Shown: positions 10,247 to 19,624, counted from the stretch's first letter. The stretch: DNA of 32,000 nucleotides from a cyanobacterium endosymbiont of Epithemia turgida isolate EtSB Lake Yunoko (GCF_000829235.1 NZ_AP012549.1:1076197-1108196); one strand, 5' to 3'. The notes: generated from the letters alone by a model not told the origin. Numbers and translations are program-made.

Positions 10247-10697
10247 GCTGTAAGCCTCCTAGATGAGGGTAAGGGAATCGTTAATTTTTGAATGTACATC
10301 AAGGTATTATCTGAATAATACTAGTGGCAATATTAGAAAATATTCCCGGAAGATAAACATTTGTTAATTTATGTTAATCCTTTTCTGGAACAATTTCCCA
10401 ATAGATACTGTTTTGAGTCTAACTAAAAATCGAGTTCAAGTCGCCAATCATTGCTAGTATCTACAGTTTTAACGTATATTTTTTCAGTCTCTGTGAACGA
10501 GTCTGTAGTCACCTTTTGTTTTTTAAAAATATTAGGCATGGCATCTAAAATATATCCCTGACGTTGGTTGCTCAAGGCTATTTCCCAAAGTGTTTATAGA
10601 AGCCTAGCAATTTATGAGATACAAGCTAGTTTGTAAATTTGTCTCTCTTTGATGGCTTTTACCCACTAATAGATGCGGTCAATCTTTGTATCTAAAA

Positions 10698-10735
10698 TTA
10701 GGTATAATGCTTTCCTTTGAAAGCATTATACCTAA
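10698..10735. repeat. Perfect 17-bp hairpin with CTTT tetraloop (orphan terminator-like)
   Basis: ttaggtataatgctttc (10698..10714) is the exact reverse complement of gaaagcattatacctaa (10719..10735). Read on the minus strand it is followed by TTTTAGA. It lies about 450 nt upstream of the ftsH start. Confidence 0.6.
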
Positions 10736-11746
10736 AGAAAAGAAATGATTTTAAGTTTTGTCGTTTATTTGTGAACTGTATAGCTATTGTTTATTTTAAA
10801 AAAATGAGCTAAATGTTTGCGAACTATATTAGAGCGAATATCAATAGCATTAATTATTGATCTTAAATATTAGTTGACTGTTGTTCTTTCTAAACCTAAT
10901 TCATTTGACATTTAAATTATAAAATTTTAGCATTTCTTTTCAAGAGTAATAACACTAGTCTCTAGCAGTTGTGATAGCTTCTTGTTCTTGCCCAGAATAA
11001 CATTAAAATTATTGAATAATATCTAAGTACATGTGAGCTTGGACAATTAGATATAAATGTAAGACTTGTAACCTGATTCAGTCTTTAATTCATCCTAAAT
11101 CAGGATTTTTTGAAAAGAAACTAAAATCTTTTTTTATTCTTATGTGTAAATTAATCTCCGTATAATTTTTGTAAAATTAACAATATTTTATATTAAGTTT
11201 AAATAAAAGGTGATTAAAGAGGGTTAAGTGTTCTTTGATTTATGTAATAAAAAATATATTATTTAGATTTAATTAAATCTAAATAGTTTTACTTAAACAA
11301 AATAGTGACTTTAAATATCGTTTTGGGTTTATTTTGTGCCCCAATAGTTTTTTGTGTATAAAATAGTATAATAAGTCTAATTGATTAATATTCTTGATTT
11401 GTTGCGTTTATATAAGCTTTTAAATTATCAATAAATATAATTTTGATCACTTTATTAAGATAACTAATTTTTTATATTTTTGTGACACTAATAATTAAGT
11501 GTTAAAGGTGAAAATTATAAGAAACTTTCTAAGTTAACTTTAACATTGAGATATAATTATAGAATTTTTATAAAGTCTAACCCGCTCATTACGTCACAAT
11601 AAAGATCAAAATTGGGTATCGGACTTAGTGCGTGAATAACTAACCAAATAGTTAGATATCTTAAGTATTCTGTCTGCAAAATTGCTGATTAGACAAACTA
11701 CTCGAGATGATTTCCTTGATTTATTATTGAAATTCTAGAAAATCCC

Positions 11747-12257
11747 ATGAAATCCTCAATATTAGCTACTTTCGGTTCTTGGAAATCTCCTATAAGTACA
11801 GATATAATCGTCTCTGGAAGTATTGGACTAGGAGAAGTAACTTTCGATAATGAAGATATTTACTTGTTAGAATCAAGAGCAACAGAAAGGGACGTAATGT
11901 TCTCGTTAAACGTAATGTTGATGGCTAAATCACAGATAAAACACCTCAACCATTCAATGTGCATACCCGTGTTCATGAATATGGGGGAGGAGCATTTTTG
12001 ATTATTGAAGGAACTATTTATTTCGTTAATTTCAAAGATTAACGCATCTATAAAATGATGGTAGATGCTATTAAAGAAAAAAGACTATTGGTTGCTTATA
12101 TTACCTTTGAAGAAGAACAACACGGGTTTCGTTGCGCAGAAAATATTAAACGGGCTTTAGATGCATAATTTTATTTTTACTCTCGAATTTTTGGCTTTGA
12201 ACCTGCGGAAAAGTTAGAGCCAATCGAGATTATTAATCTAGTAAGAGACATAAATTA
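11747..12257 (+). pseudogene. S9-family serine peptidase (prolyl oligopeptidase / dipeptidyl-aminopeptidase-acylaminoacyl-peptidase type), decayed
   Basis: Frame 1 reads MKSSILATFGSWKSPISTDIIVSGSIGLGEVTFDNEDIYLLESRATER. After a +1 shift the reading is [55 protein letters not shown]. This is joined directly to C-terminal sequence [59 protein letters not shown]. The N-terminal propeller start and the catalytic-His region (EQHGF) are retained, while the body in between, including the Ser/Asp regions, is missing. Confidence 0.85.
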
Positions 12258-12534
12258 AAATCCTTGACTATGTTAAGCGGTTTTGTTTACGGGATCTTAA
12301 AATTCACAAGAGTCTAACCATTCTATTTACTGCCAAGATCAGGTAAAAGAGGGATAAAGTACTCCATGAGTAGAGAACTTTATCGTCTAAATTAAGATTA
12401 TCCTACAATTGACTTTTTGGTTTTTGGGACCAAATAAAACCCAAAATAGTTAGACACTTGAATTCTAGAAGTATATGAGCACGAAAGATTACCTCAAAAC
12501 ACAATAATGAATATTTCCGACCACCACTTTTTGT

Positions 12535-12640
12535 CCATCCACTCTCCGGAAATCTACTTAGAGAAGCTTGAAGCTAAGTTATGACCTTAGAAAAAGTCAG
12601 AAACTTAAGGGGACACTGACTTTATCAGGAGAGTGGATGG
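12535..12640. other. Candidate structured element: 13-bp closing stem enclosing two hairpins
   Basis: The outer stem pairs ccatccactctcc (12535..12547) with ggagagtggatgg (12628..12640). Inner hairpin A pairs acttag (12556..12561) with ctaagt (12574..12579). Inner hairpin B pairs aaagtcag (12593..12600) with ctgacttt (12616..12623). An alternative pairing exists between ctaag (12574..12578) and cttag (12586..12590). The element begins 18 nt from the anti-sigma stop codon. Confidence 0.4.
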
Positions 12641-12657
12641 CATCCCCTTCATAATTC

Positions 12658-13119
12658 TCATTGAGTAGAGGAAGGAATGTCAAGTACAGGACGATTTAAC
12701 GCGATAGTTAATGGTTCTGCTTCTACATCAGCAAAATTAGGAGACAGAGATTGTTTTTCTATGTAAAAATTATAAATAATTCCCATAACAACTGTTGCGA
12801 TCACCACACCGCCCCATTGGATAAGTCGTTGGGTTTGGTTTTGACGATCAACTTTCTCAAAAACGCTTTCAGATAAACGTTGAGATGAAACTGGACTTTT
12901 TGGAAGCGGAATAGTGAGAATCTCTCGTTGTAGGCGAGAAAGCTGGACATACAATTGATTAAATTGAGAATCAGTATCAAGTAGTTGCTGTACTTGACGG
13001 CGTTCTTTAGCTGTTACCTCCCCATCTAAATAGGCACTTAACAACTCAAAACGCTCAAACTGATCATTGATATCACCCGAATCGGCTGATTGCAAATGCT
13101 GTTGTTCAAAGTTAGACAT
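12658..13119 (-). CDS. Anti-sigma factor, single-pass membrane protein, cognate to the upstream ECF sigma
   Basis: I place the start at ATG 13119 (MSNFEQQ...), which has GGAGAGG about 10 nt upstream. The track ORF extends further to a TTG at 13224. The N-terminal anti-sigma domain pattern is LLSAYLDGEVTAKERRQVQQLLDTDSQFNQLY, a zf-HC2-like region with the Cys/His positions degenerate. One TM segment follows (WGGVVIATVVMGIIYNFYI). The gene lies immediately downstream of the ECF sigma gene. Confidence 0.7.
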   Translation of the reverse strand: MSNFEQQHLQSADSGDINDQFERFELLSAYLDGEVTAKERRQVQQLLDTDSQFNQLYVQLSRLQREILTIPLPKSPVSSQRLSESVFEKVDRQNQTQRLIQWGGVVIATVVMGIIYNFYIEKQSLSPNFADVEAEPLTIALNRPVLDIPSSTQ

Positions 13120-13253
13120 CACGATATACCTCTCCAAGGAGCGAAACCAAATTAGTTGGCTGCGGAGACGGATGCTAATGATAGCATTGTCATGACACCC
13201 CTCACAGATTGCCAAAAGGGGCAATGGTTTAATATTCTCGGTTCGTCTTTATT

Positions 13254-13937
13254 TTAGTCTATATATTGCTGGAGAACTGATTGTAATTTTGTTCTCGCTC
13301 TAGCAATACGAGACTTGACTGTTCCGAGGGAGACCCCTGTCATTTGGGCAATTTCTTCGTAGGCCATGCCTTCGATTTCTCTTAGAACAATGGTTGTGCG
13401 AAATGCCTCTGGTAAATCGGCGATCGCTACTTTTAGTCGGTCGTAGAACTCACGAGTTGCCAAGTCATCGTCAGGACTGGGGTAATCGGACACAATATCC
13501 CATTCAATCTCTCCGTCATCGACGCGCCTAGGAGCATCTAGTGAGATAGGATGACTAACCCGTTTACGTTTACGTAATTCATCGTAAAACAAATTTGTGG
13601 CAATACGACTTAACCAACCTCGAAATTTTACCGGTTCCTTCAGGCGTTTAATATTACGATAAACCCTAATCCAAACTTCTTGGGCAAGATCTGCTCTATC
13701 TTGCCAATCAGGAGCGAGGTGATAGAGAATCCGATCTACATGAGACTGGTAACGATTTAATAGCTCTGAGAATGCTATCCGGTCCGGTTTAAACCCTTCT
13801 TGACAGCTCAAAATTAAGTCGTAATTAGACAGTCGTTCTGGAGATAGATTGAGGGAAGCTCGTTTCCCTTGTGTTGTTGACCAGGATGCTGAAATTGCTT
13901 GACTCATTAGGTTATTCAATGCGTGATTACTCCTCAC
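13254..13937 (-). CDS. ECF-type RNA polymerase sigma factor (sigma-70 family, regions 2 and 4); resembles the cyanobacterial SigG type
   Basis: Region 2 is HLAPDWQDRADLAQEVWIRVYRNIKRL...FRGWLSRIATNLFYDELRKR. Region 4 HTH is EAFRTTIVLREIEGMAYEEIAQMTGVSLGTVKSRIARARTKL. The track start is GTG 13937. A TTG at 13919 with AGGAG 10 nt upstream, or the ATG at 13907, are more likely true starts. Confidence 0.88.
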   Translation of the reverse strand: MRSNHALNNLMSQAISASWSTTQGKRASLNLSPERLSNYDLILSCQEGFKPDRIAFSELLNRYQSHVDRILYHLAPDWQDRADLAQEVWIRVYRNIKRLKEPVKFRGWLSRIATNLFYDELRKRKRVSHPISLDAPRRVDDGEIEWDIVSDYPSPDDDLATREFYDRLKVAIADLPEAFRTTIVLREIEGMAYEEIAQMTGVSLGTVKSRIARARTKLQSVLQQYID

Positions 13938-13950
13938 ATTAATTTTTTCA

Positions 13951-13977
13951 AGACGGACTATTTGATTATAAGGTTCC
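13951..13977 (-). promoter_or_regulatory. ECF-type promoter motif GGAAC-N17-CGTCT upstream of the sigma gene
   Basis: The minus strand reads GGGAACCttataatcaaatagtCCGTCT. GGAAC is the complement of 13973..13977, followed by a 17-nt spacer. CGTCT is the complement of 13951..13955. The motif ends 13 nt upstream of GTG 13937 and 31 nt upstream of TTG 13919. Confidence 0.4.
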
Positions 13978-14533
13978 CATTAACAATTAATTTCTAATCG
14001 GAAGCTAAGAATATTAGTAAAGTGGGAATTTTAGTAAAAAGATGTCTTTTTTGAATTTTTTTTTGAGTATTCAACAATTAAAAACTTAAGATGACGTTTG
14101 ATTACTTCATCTAACTGTTCACAGATTAAAAGTTAAAAGTACTGGTGGTCTAATAGGGAAATTCAACGATTATATAAAACTGATTAGGATGTTAAATCTC
14201 GAATTTAACTATACGATTAATGGCTAAATTCAAGATTAATTGTTTCATAACATTAACAGATTGTTTGTAATGCATAGCTATTATTTTTCCCATTAATTAA
14301 GACTTCCATAAGTTATTTAAAGCCATGTAATATAGTTCTGCAGCTGATTCACAAATACGTTTTACTTCTATTTCTATTTGTAGAGTGAAATTACCATTTT
14401 TATACGATGCGTATTTAACAATATTTTAAATGCTCATGTATAAAAAAATTTTGCTACTTTTATACCTGTTGTGATAGAAGAAAACAATATAATAAAATTT
14501 AAAAGTATCTTCTCGTAAAACTTACAAGATTAA

Positions 14534-14565
14534 AAGAGCTTAATTTTTATTGAAATTAAGCTCTT
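14534..14565. repeat. Perfect 13-bp hairpin, 6-nt loop
   Basis: aagagcttaattt (14534..14546) is the exact reverse complement of aaattaagctctt (14553..14565). It lies within the 2-kb gene-free spacer. Confidence 0.7.
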
Positions 14566-14748
14566 GCAGTTACTCTTTTAAAATAAATAAAAATTTTAAA
14601 TTATACTAGTAAGTAGTTTAACGTTCTCAGTCTAGAAAAACTAAAATAATAAACTTGTCAAAAAAAGCTTTTAAAAAATCAATATATTTTTGAAGTTAAA
14701 TATGCTACACTAAATATGATAGCAAAAAAATAACTTATAACAAGAGAG

Positions 14749-14870
14749 ATATAATCTGGATACAAACGATATCTAGATTATATTTATTTAACTCAATATC
14801 TTCGTTTAAGTGAACGAAGATATTGAGCATTCAAAAAGCTAGTTCACTCTTCTTTATAAGAGTGAACTAG
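14749..14870 (+). repeat. Cluster of three consecutive hairpins within 122 nt
   Basis: H1 pairs 14749..14760 (atataatctgga) with 14772..14783 (tctagattatat) over 12 bp, including one G-T pair that is a legal wobble only in a plus-strand RNA. H2 pairs 14792..14806 (ctcaatatcttcgtt) with 14813..14827 as a perfect 15 bp stem. H3 pairs 14839..14851 (ctagttcactctt) with 14858..14870 as a perfect 13 bp stem. A further palindrome, agtgagctcact, follows at about 14890. Confidence 0.75.
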
Positions 14871-15824
14871 AGATAGATCATAAAAAATAGTGAGCTCACT
14901 GTAGCAATAAATTTTAAAAAAGATAAAGATATAAATATTAAAAATAAGAATCTGAAGTAAAAATAAACTTTGTATGAATTAATAAACTACTTTAAAAATT
15001 GGCTAATGAATTAAAATTTAGGCCAGTACATTAATATATGAATAAATTATATACAGGAATGAAAGTAACTAGTTGGATAGAAAAATAAAACTGTGTTCAT
15101 AAAGTTTTGGGATAGACAAGAATAGGATTGCTTAAAGAGTTGAGATACTCTTAACTGAGTTCAGGGCTAAAAACATAGAAATAAAAATCCTCTTTAACAA
15201 AAAATCTTTAAAAGTCACCTTTAAAGCTAAAAAACTAGAAAAAAGATATCTATGATTTTAAATCAATATATATTTTTAAAAAAATTTAGAACAAAATTAA
15301 AGTCAATCAGAAAAAAAGTTTTAAGTTACATTATAAAATAACTAATTATATATCTATATATTTGTCAGGCTACTAACAAGAAACCTCTTATTAAATAAAA
15401 TTCTAAAAGTAGATACAAAACTGTTTAATTTAGTTTATAGACATTTTTCTAACAGTATATGACTGTCTTAAAAAAAATTAATTAATAGAAGATAATGGCG
15501 AATGACACCATAGCAAAAATATAAAAAATATTTCAATAATTTTAGAGAACATCTACTAGCTCAATTTCGAATAATTAAGTTCAAGTTAATAGAGAGAGAT
15601 TATAAATGTTATTATATGAGCCTTAAGTTAATGAGTATTTAAAAAAAATTTACGAGATACAATAAGAAATTTAAAATTTAACTTATTCTAATTATTTAAA
15701 CTTACTCTAATTTTTTAGAAAAGTATAGCAGCTGCATCTAGTACTGGACGTATTCACAGGGAATAATCTAATGTTAGATTGGGCTGCTGTTATTTTATTT
15801 AACTATAAAGTAGAGAAATAGACA

Positions 15825-15855
15825 ATCAGTAAGGGCTGAAGCACCCATTACTGAT
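15825..15855 (-). terminator. Candidate terminator of the aas / YlqD-like operon
   Basis: aatcagtaaggg (15825..15835) pairs with cccattactgatt-type sequence (15844..15855) over 11 bp with one bulged A and an 8-nt loop. It lies about 50 nt past the stop at 15904. On the minus strand it is followed by TGTCTATTTCTC, which is only moderately T-rich. Confidence 0.4.
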
Positions 15856-15903
15856 CCATTTCATTAATTTTTAGCTTGGCGCTTTTAATATTTCTATAAA
15901 TTT

Positions 15904-16353
15904 TTAAATATCACCACGAATTTCTTCAACAACTCCATCGCGAACCACAATTTCTACGTTCAGCTTTTTGAGTAAATTATCTCCTTTTTCTAAACGGAAA
16001 AAGCTTTCCATCTGCCCTTGAACCACTTCCTGATCTAACTCCAACAATTGAACCTGCTGCATTTGCTGTAAAAACTGATTTTTATTTTCTAACATCTCAC
16101 TTTTTTTTTCATTAATCTGAAGTCGAATATTATCAATTTGCTCAGTGACCGTAGGTCCCGGGGGAGAGATACTTTGTTTTTGAATTTCTGTAATCGTCCG
16201 TTGACCTTGTATTTCAATCTGCTGCATCTGGTCATCAAGTTGAGTGATTTGCGCTTGAAGTTGCTGTTGTGCCTCTTGTTTCCAAGTTGTCGTAACTATT
16301 ATTTTCAAGGTAATCGGTCGTTTTAGCAGTAAACTGGGGTTTGCCTCATCCAT
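15904..16353 (-). CDS. Conserved coiled-coil protein, possibly YlqD family
   Basis: This 149-aa ORF has a Q/E-rich heptad-like central region (QQQLQAQITQLDDQMQQIEIQGQRTITEIQKQ). AAGGA lies upstream of the ATG. The gene sits 36 nt downstream of aas on the same strand. The family assignment is from memory and unverified. Confidence 0.7.
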   Translation of the reverse strand: MDEANPSLLLKRPITLKIIVTTTWKQEAQQQLQAQITQLDDQMQQIEIQGQRTITEIQKQSISPPGPTVTEQIDNIRLQINEKKSEMLENKNQFLQQMQQVQLLELDQEVVQGQMESFFRLEKGDNLLKKLNVEIVVRDGVVEEIRGDI

Positions 16354-16389
16354 TAGTTTTCCATCCTTTCATAAATTATTAGTGATTAA

Positions 16390-18321
16390 TCAGGAAACTT
16401 TCCTATAATCAAATATCTCGTCAATCATACCTTGATACTGTTGTATAACGACTTGCCGTTTAATTTTAAATGTCTGGGTCATTAAACCATTTTCACGGGA
16501 AAATGGTTCTAAAATAAATTTAAAACTTTTTATTTTGTCATCAGGGCGGTATCCAGGACGGTTTTTCACTTCTCGACCTAACTCTTCCCGAAATAAAGTT
16601 TGTATGGGCTGACTATAAAGATCACTACAGACAATTTCTTCAGAAGTTCCGGACATATCGGGAAGGTTTAGAGTGATTTGTTGGTTTTGTCCCCACTTGT
16701 TCAATGCTTCTAGATTGGGCACAATTAACGCCCCTAAAGCTTTTTGATCTTGACCTACCAATATAATTTGGTCAATGTAGGGACTACGGGTACAAGCCTC
16801 TTCAATAGCCTGTGGTTCGATGTTTTCTCCATTACTCAAAACTATTGTATCTTTGTCCCGTCCAGTAATCACTAAATCACCCATATCAGTTAACCACCCT
16901 AAGTCCCCTGAATTAAACCAATTGTCATCATTAATAGCTTTGGCGGTAGCTTCGGGATTTTTATAGTAACCTTGCATCACTTGAGTTCCCCGAATTAACA
17001 CAAGTCCTCTTTCTCCTTGAGGAACCGGTTGTCCGCTATCAGGATCAACAATACAAACTTCGGTTTCAGGAATACATTGTCCTGATGATCCGCGTAAGTT
17101 GTGGCTATGGGTACGAACATTAGTAACAGGGGCGGTTTCAGTTAGCCCATAACCTACTAAAAGGGGAATGTTGATAATTTCGTAAAAAGTATCGATATGT
17201 CTAGCCAGAGAACCTCCTCCACTAACAATAGTTCTAAGGTTTCCTCCAACTTCTTGCCGAATCTTACTGTAGATTAGTTTGTCTGCTAATCTATGAAGGG
17301 GAGTTAATAAAACCGTTTTTATTTTGGCTAAAAGGCGTTCTGCACTAGAAGCTTTAAGGTGGTCTAGACTAAGATTATTGGCAATACGTCGGGCGATAAT
17401 GTACTGTTCTGAAACGGTTAGGAAAAATTGGATTATTTTTTGTTGGGTGGAACTTTGTTTCCGAAATTGCTTTTGAATGCCTTCATAAAGGAATTCCCAA
17501 AGACGGGGGACTCCAACCATGTGTTGGGGTTTAAATCGTATGAGATCAGCCTTAAATGTACGTATATTAGTGTAAGTTAAAATACAACCCCGAGAAAGGA
17601 TAAAATATTCTGTGCTACGTTCGTAGGCATGCCATGATGGTAAGATAGCAAGAACACGCTCACCTGGTCTAGGTTGGATAACCGCTTCCAAGTAAACCAC
17701 CTGATGGAGTAAGTTTCTGTGGCACAACATAACCCCTTTTGGTCGTCCAGTGGTTCCGGAAGTATAGATTAAAGTGGCTAGCGTTTCTTTAGTTTGATGA
17801 ACAGGTTTTAGGGTGGAATGACTTCCTAGTTCCATCAATTCTTGGAAGTTGAGGATTTTGATAATGTCGTCTGCACTTCTTTGTTCATCACTTAACAAAA
17901 TAATTAGTTCAATAGGCAATCTATTAAGATCGGACCGGAGTTTAGCTAAGGTTTGTTGGTTTTCTACAATGAGGATGCTACTATTGCTATCACTCAAAAT
18001 GTAGAGTAATTCATCTTTATCGGCTTGAGCCGAACGTACCACATTAGCCGCACCAGCCATCATTGATCCTTGATCGGCTATAAACCAACGGGGACTGTTA
18101 TCAGCGACCAGGGCAACTTGTGAGGAAGATTTTATTCCTAAACTTTGTAATCCTGCGGCAAAATCTTTAATGTTTTGGTACAACTCACCATAGGTTATGC
18201 TTACGTTGGGCGTACTATGTGGGTCTTCAAGGGCAACGATATCCTTAAATTTTTCAGCCGTTAGGGTCCAAATTTCAGGTAAGGTATTGATTAATGAATA
18301 GTCTGGTTGATTTGTCATCAA
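16390..18321 (-). CDS. aas: AMP-dependent synthetase/ligase; cyanobacterial acyl-ACP synthetase (long-chain fatty-acid ligase) type
   Basis: This 643-aa ORF carries the AMP-binding signature IYTSGTTGRPKGVM, GYGLTETAP and a C-terminal FKIKR. The N-terminal region LPEIWTLTAEKFKDIVALEDPHSTPNVSITYGELYQNIKDFAAGLQSLGI resembles what I recall of slr1609-type Aas. Confidence 0.85.
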   Translation of the reverse strand: MMTNQPDYSLINTLPEIWTLTAEKFKDIVALEDPHSTPNVSITYGELYQNIKDFAAGLQSLGIKSSSQVALVADNSPRWFIADQGSMMAGAANVVRSAQADKDELLYILSDSNSSILIVENQQTLAKLRSDLNRLPIELIILLSDEQRSADDIIKILNFQELMELGSHSTLKPVHQTKETLATLIYTSGTTGRPKGVMLCHRNLLHQVVYLEAVIQPRPGERVLAILPSWHAYERSTEYFILSRGCILTYTNIRTFKADLIRFKPQHMVGVPRLWEFLYEGIQKQFRKQSSTQQKIIQFFLTVSEQYIIARRIANNLSLDHLKASSAERLLAKIKTVLLTPLHRLADKLIYSKIRQEVGGNLRTIVSGGGSLARHIDTFYEIINIPLLVGYGLTETAPVTNVRTHSHNLRGSSGQCIPETEVCIVDPDSGQPVPQGERGLVLIRGTQVMQGYYKNPEATAKAINDDNWFNSGDLGWLTDMGDLVITGRDKDTIVLSNGENIEPQAIEEACTRSPYIDQIILVGQDQKALGALIVPNLEALNKWGQNQQITLNLPDMSGTSEEIVCSDLYSQPIQTLFREELGREVKNRPGYRPDDKIKSFKFILEPFSRENGLMTQTFKIKRQVVIQQYQGMIDEIFDYRKVS

Positions 18322-18958
18322 ACTTTAGTTGAAGAATGCTTGTAAATCAAATATTAACCCTTTTACAAGGAGGTGTTAACAGCGCACAACTTGTCTAAAC
18401 ATACTGAATATAGGTGTGTTACATTGAAACGAAAGTTCAATTTATCTAATAAAAAGAGTTGGTCTAAGTACTTTTACTTTGTTAGTAAACATTTAGTAAT
18501 TGTTAGGATACTCATCCTTACCTAAATTTTAGATCTAAAAAGTATAACTAATACAAATTTTATAAACTTGTAAAAAATTGTTAAATAATAATATTCCCAG
18601 TTCTAATTAATCATTAGATATAAAAAATAGATCAATAAAAAGTAGACAAAAAATAGGTAATTAATATAAAAATATATACACTTAATTCTAAAAAATCTAG
18701 CATAAATTTTAACTAAAATGTTACGATTTTCTTGTAAAAATAATGTGATAACAAAGACTATACCCTAAATAATCATTAGATCCGTTTTTAAACGTTTTCG
18801 AGATTCAGTTAAGTGAAAAAGTTGAAATAAATAAGACATGATAAGCAATCAACAGACTAATATCATCATTATTGGATTAGGATTATGTTTGATTTTCCAG
18901 CAAACATTATTTTTGTTAAGGTAACTAAAAGTCTATATACTCGAAAAATTTATCCTCT

Positions 18959-19114
18959 ATGCCAAATTTGGCAATAATCTTTTTCAGACTATCCTATTAC
19001 TGTTTATTAGTAGTGGTTGCAGGAGGGGTTTCTTTATTACTAGCTACTGTGTTAATGTATTTTGTTGATGAACCTAAAACCTCAGAAAAGACATCTATAA
19101 AAGTAGAAATTTGA
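18959..19114 (+). CDS. Candidate 51-aa single-TM peptide, or a relic of a membrane-protein gene
   Basis: ATG 18959 to TGA 19112..19114 encodes MPNLAIIFFRLSYYCLLVVVAGGVSLLLATVLMYFVDEPKTSEKTSIKVEI. It is a locally GC-richer patch. A second TM-like mini-ORF lies in another frame at 18838..18924 (MISNQQTNIIIIGLGLCLIFQQTLFLLR). Confidence 0.25.
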   Translation: MPNLAIIFFRLSYYCLLVVVAGGVSLLLATVLMYFVDEPKTSEKTSIKVEI

Positions 19115-19574
19115 TCTCCTTCCTAAGATTTAGGATCTCAAATTTTACTCCTTGTTTACAATTATCTATTTATGAAGAGGCAACTTCAGAACGGTGTAAA
19201 GGAAATTTTAGGTAAAGTTACATAATTCAACCGAAGTTTCTCTACCTTTCCTAAGCTTCTAACCGTCTTAAATCACTTATTTTAGGACTGTAATGGAGTA
19301 TATCTACAAAAGATATTAGATACTACATCATTTAAAAAACCAATTTATCTTAATACTATATATATCCTTAAACAACGTAAGTTAAACTAAATATAAAAAA
19401 ATATTGTTCCTCTCAATATATAAGTTAAAATACGAAATAATTGACGATAATATAAAATATTAATCGAAAATAATTAGGACTACAATGGCTTTCAAAAGCT
19501 AACAGAAAACAAGGACAGCCTACGCTTTAATTCCGAATCGAGAGAAAGGCTTTGAAGTAAATTCAGTATAAGTT

Positions 19575-19624
19575 ATCAGATTGAACACTTGAGACATCAA
19601 AGTGTTCAATCTGATGGCAGTTTT
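19575..19624 (+). terminator. Perfect 16-bp hairpin followed by GGCAGTTTT (orphan terminator-like)
   Basis: atcagattgaacactt (19575..19590) is the exact reverse complement of aagtgttcaatctgat (19600..19615), with a 9-nt loop. A T4 run begins 5 nt after the stem. No intact gene lies within about 1 kb on either side. Confidence 0.35.

Noticed and set aside
13120-13224. N-terminal extension of the anti-sigma ORF to TTG 13224 (MPLLAICEGCHDNAIISIRL...).
   Set aside because: The internal ATG 13119 has a good GGAGAGG SD, and the conserved anti-sigma domain starts after it. The extension looks like non-coding sequence read through.
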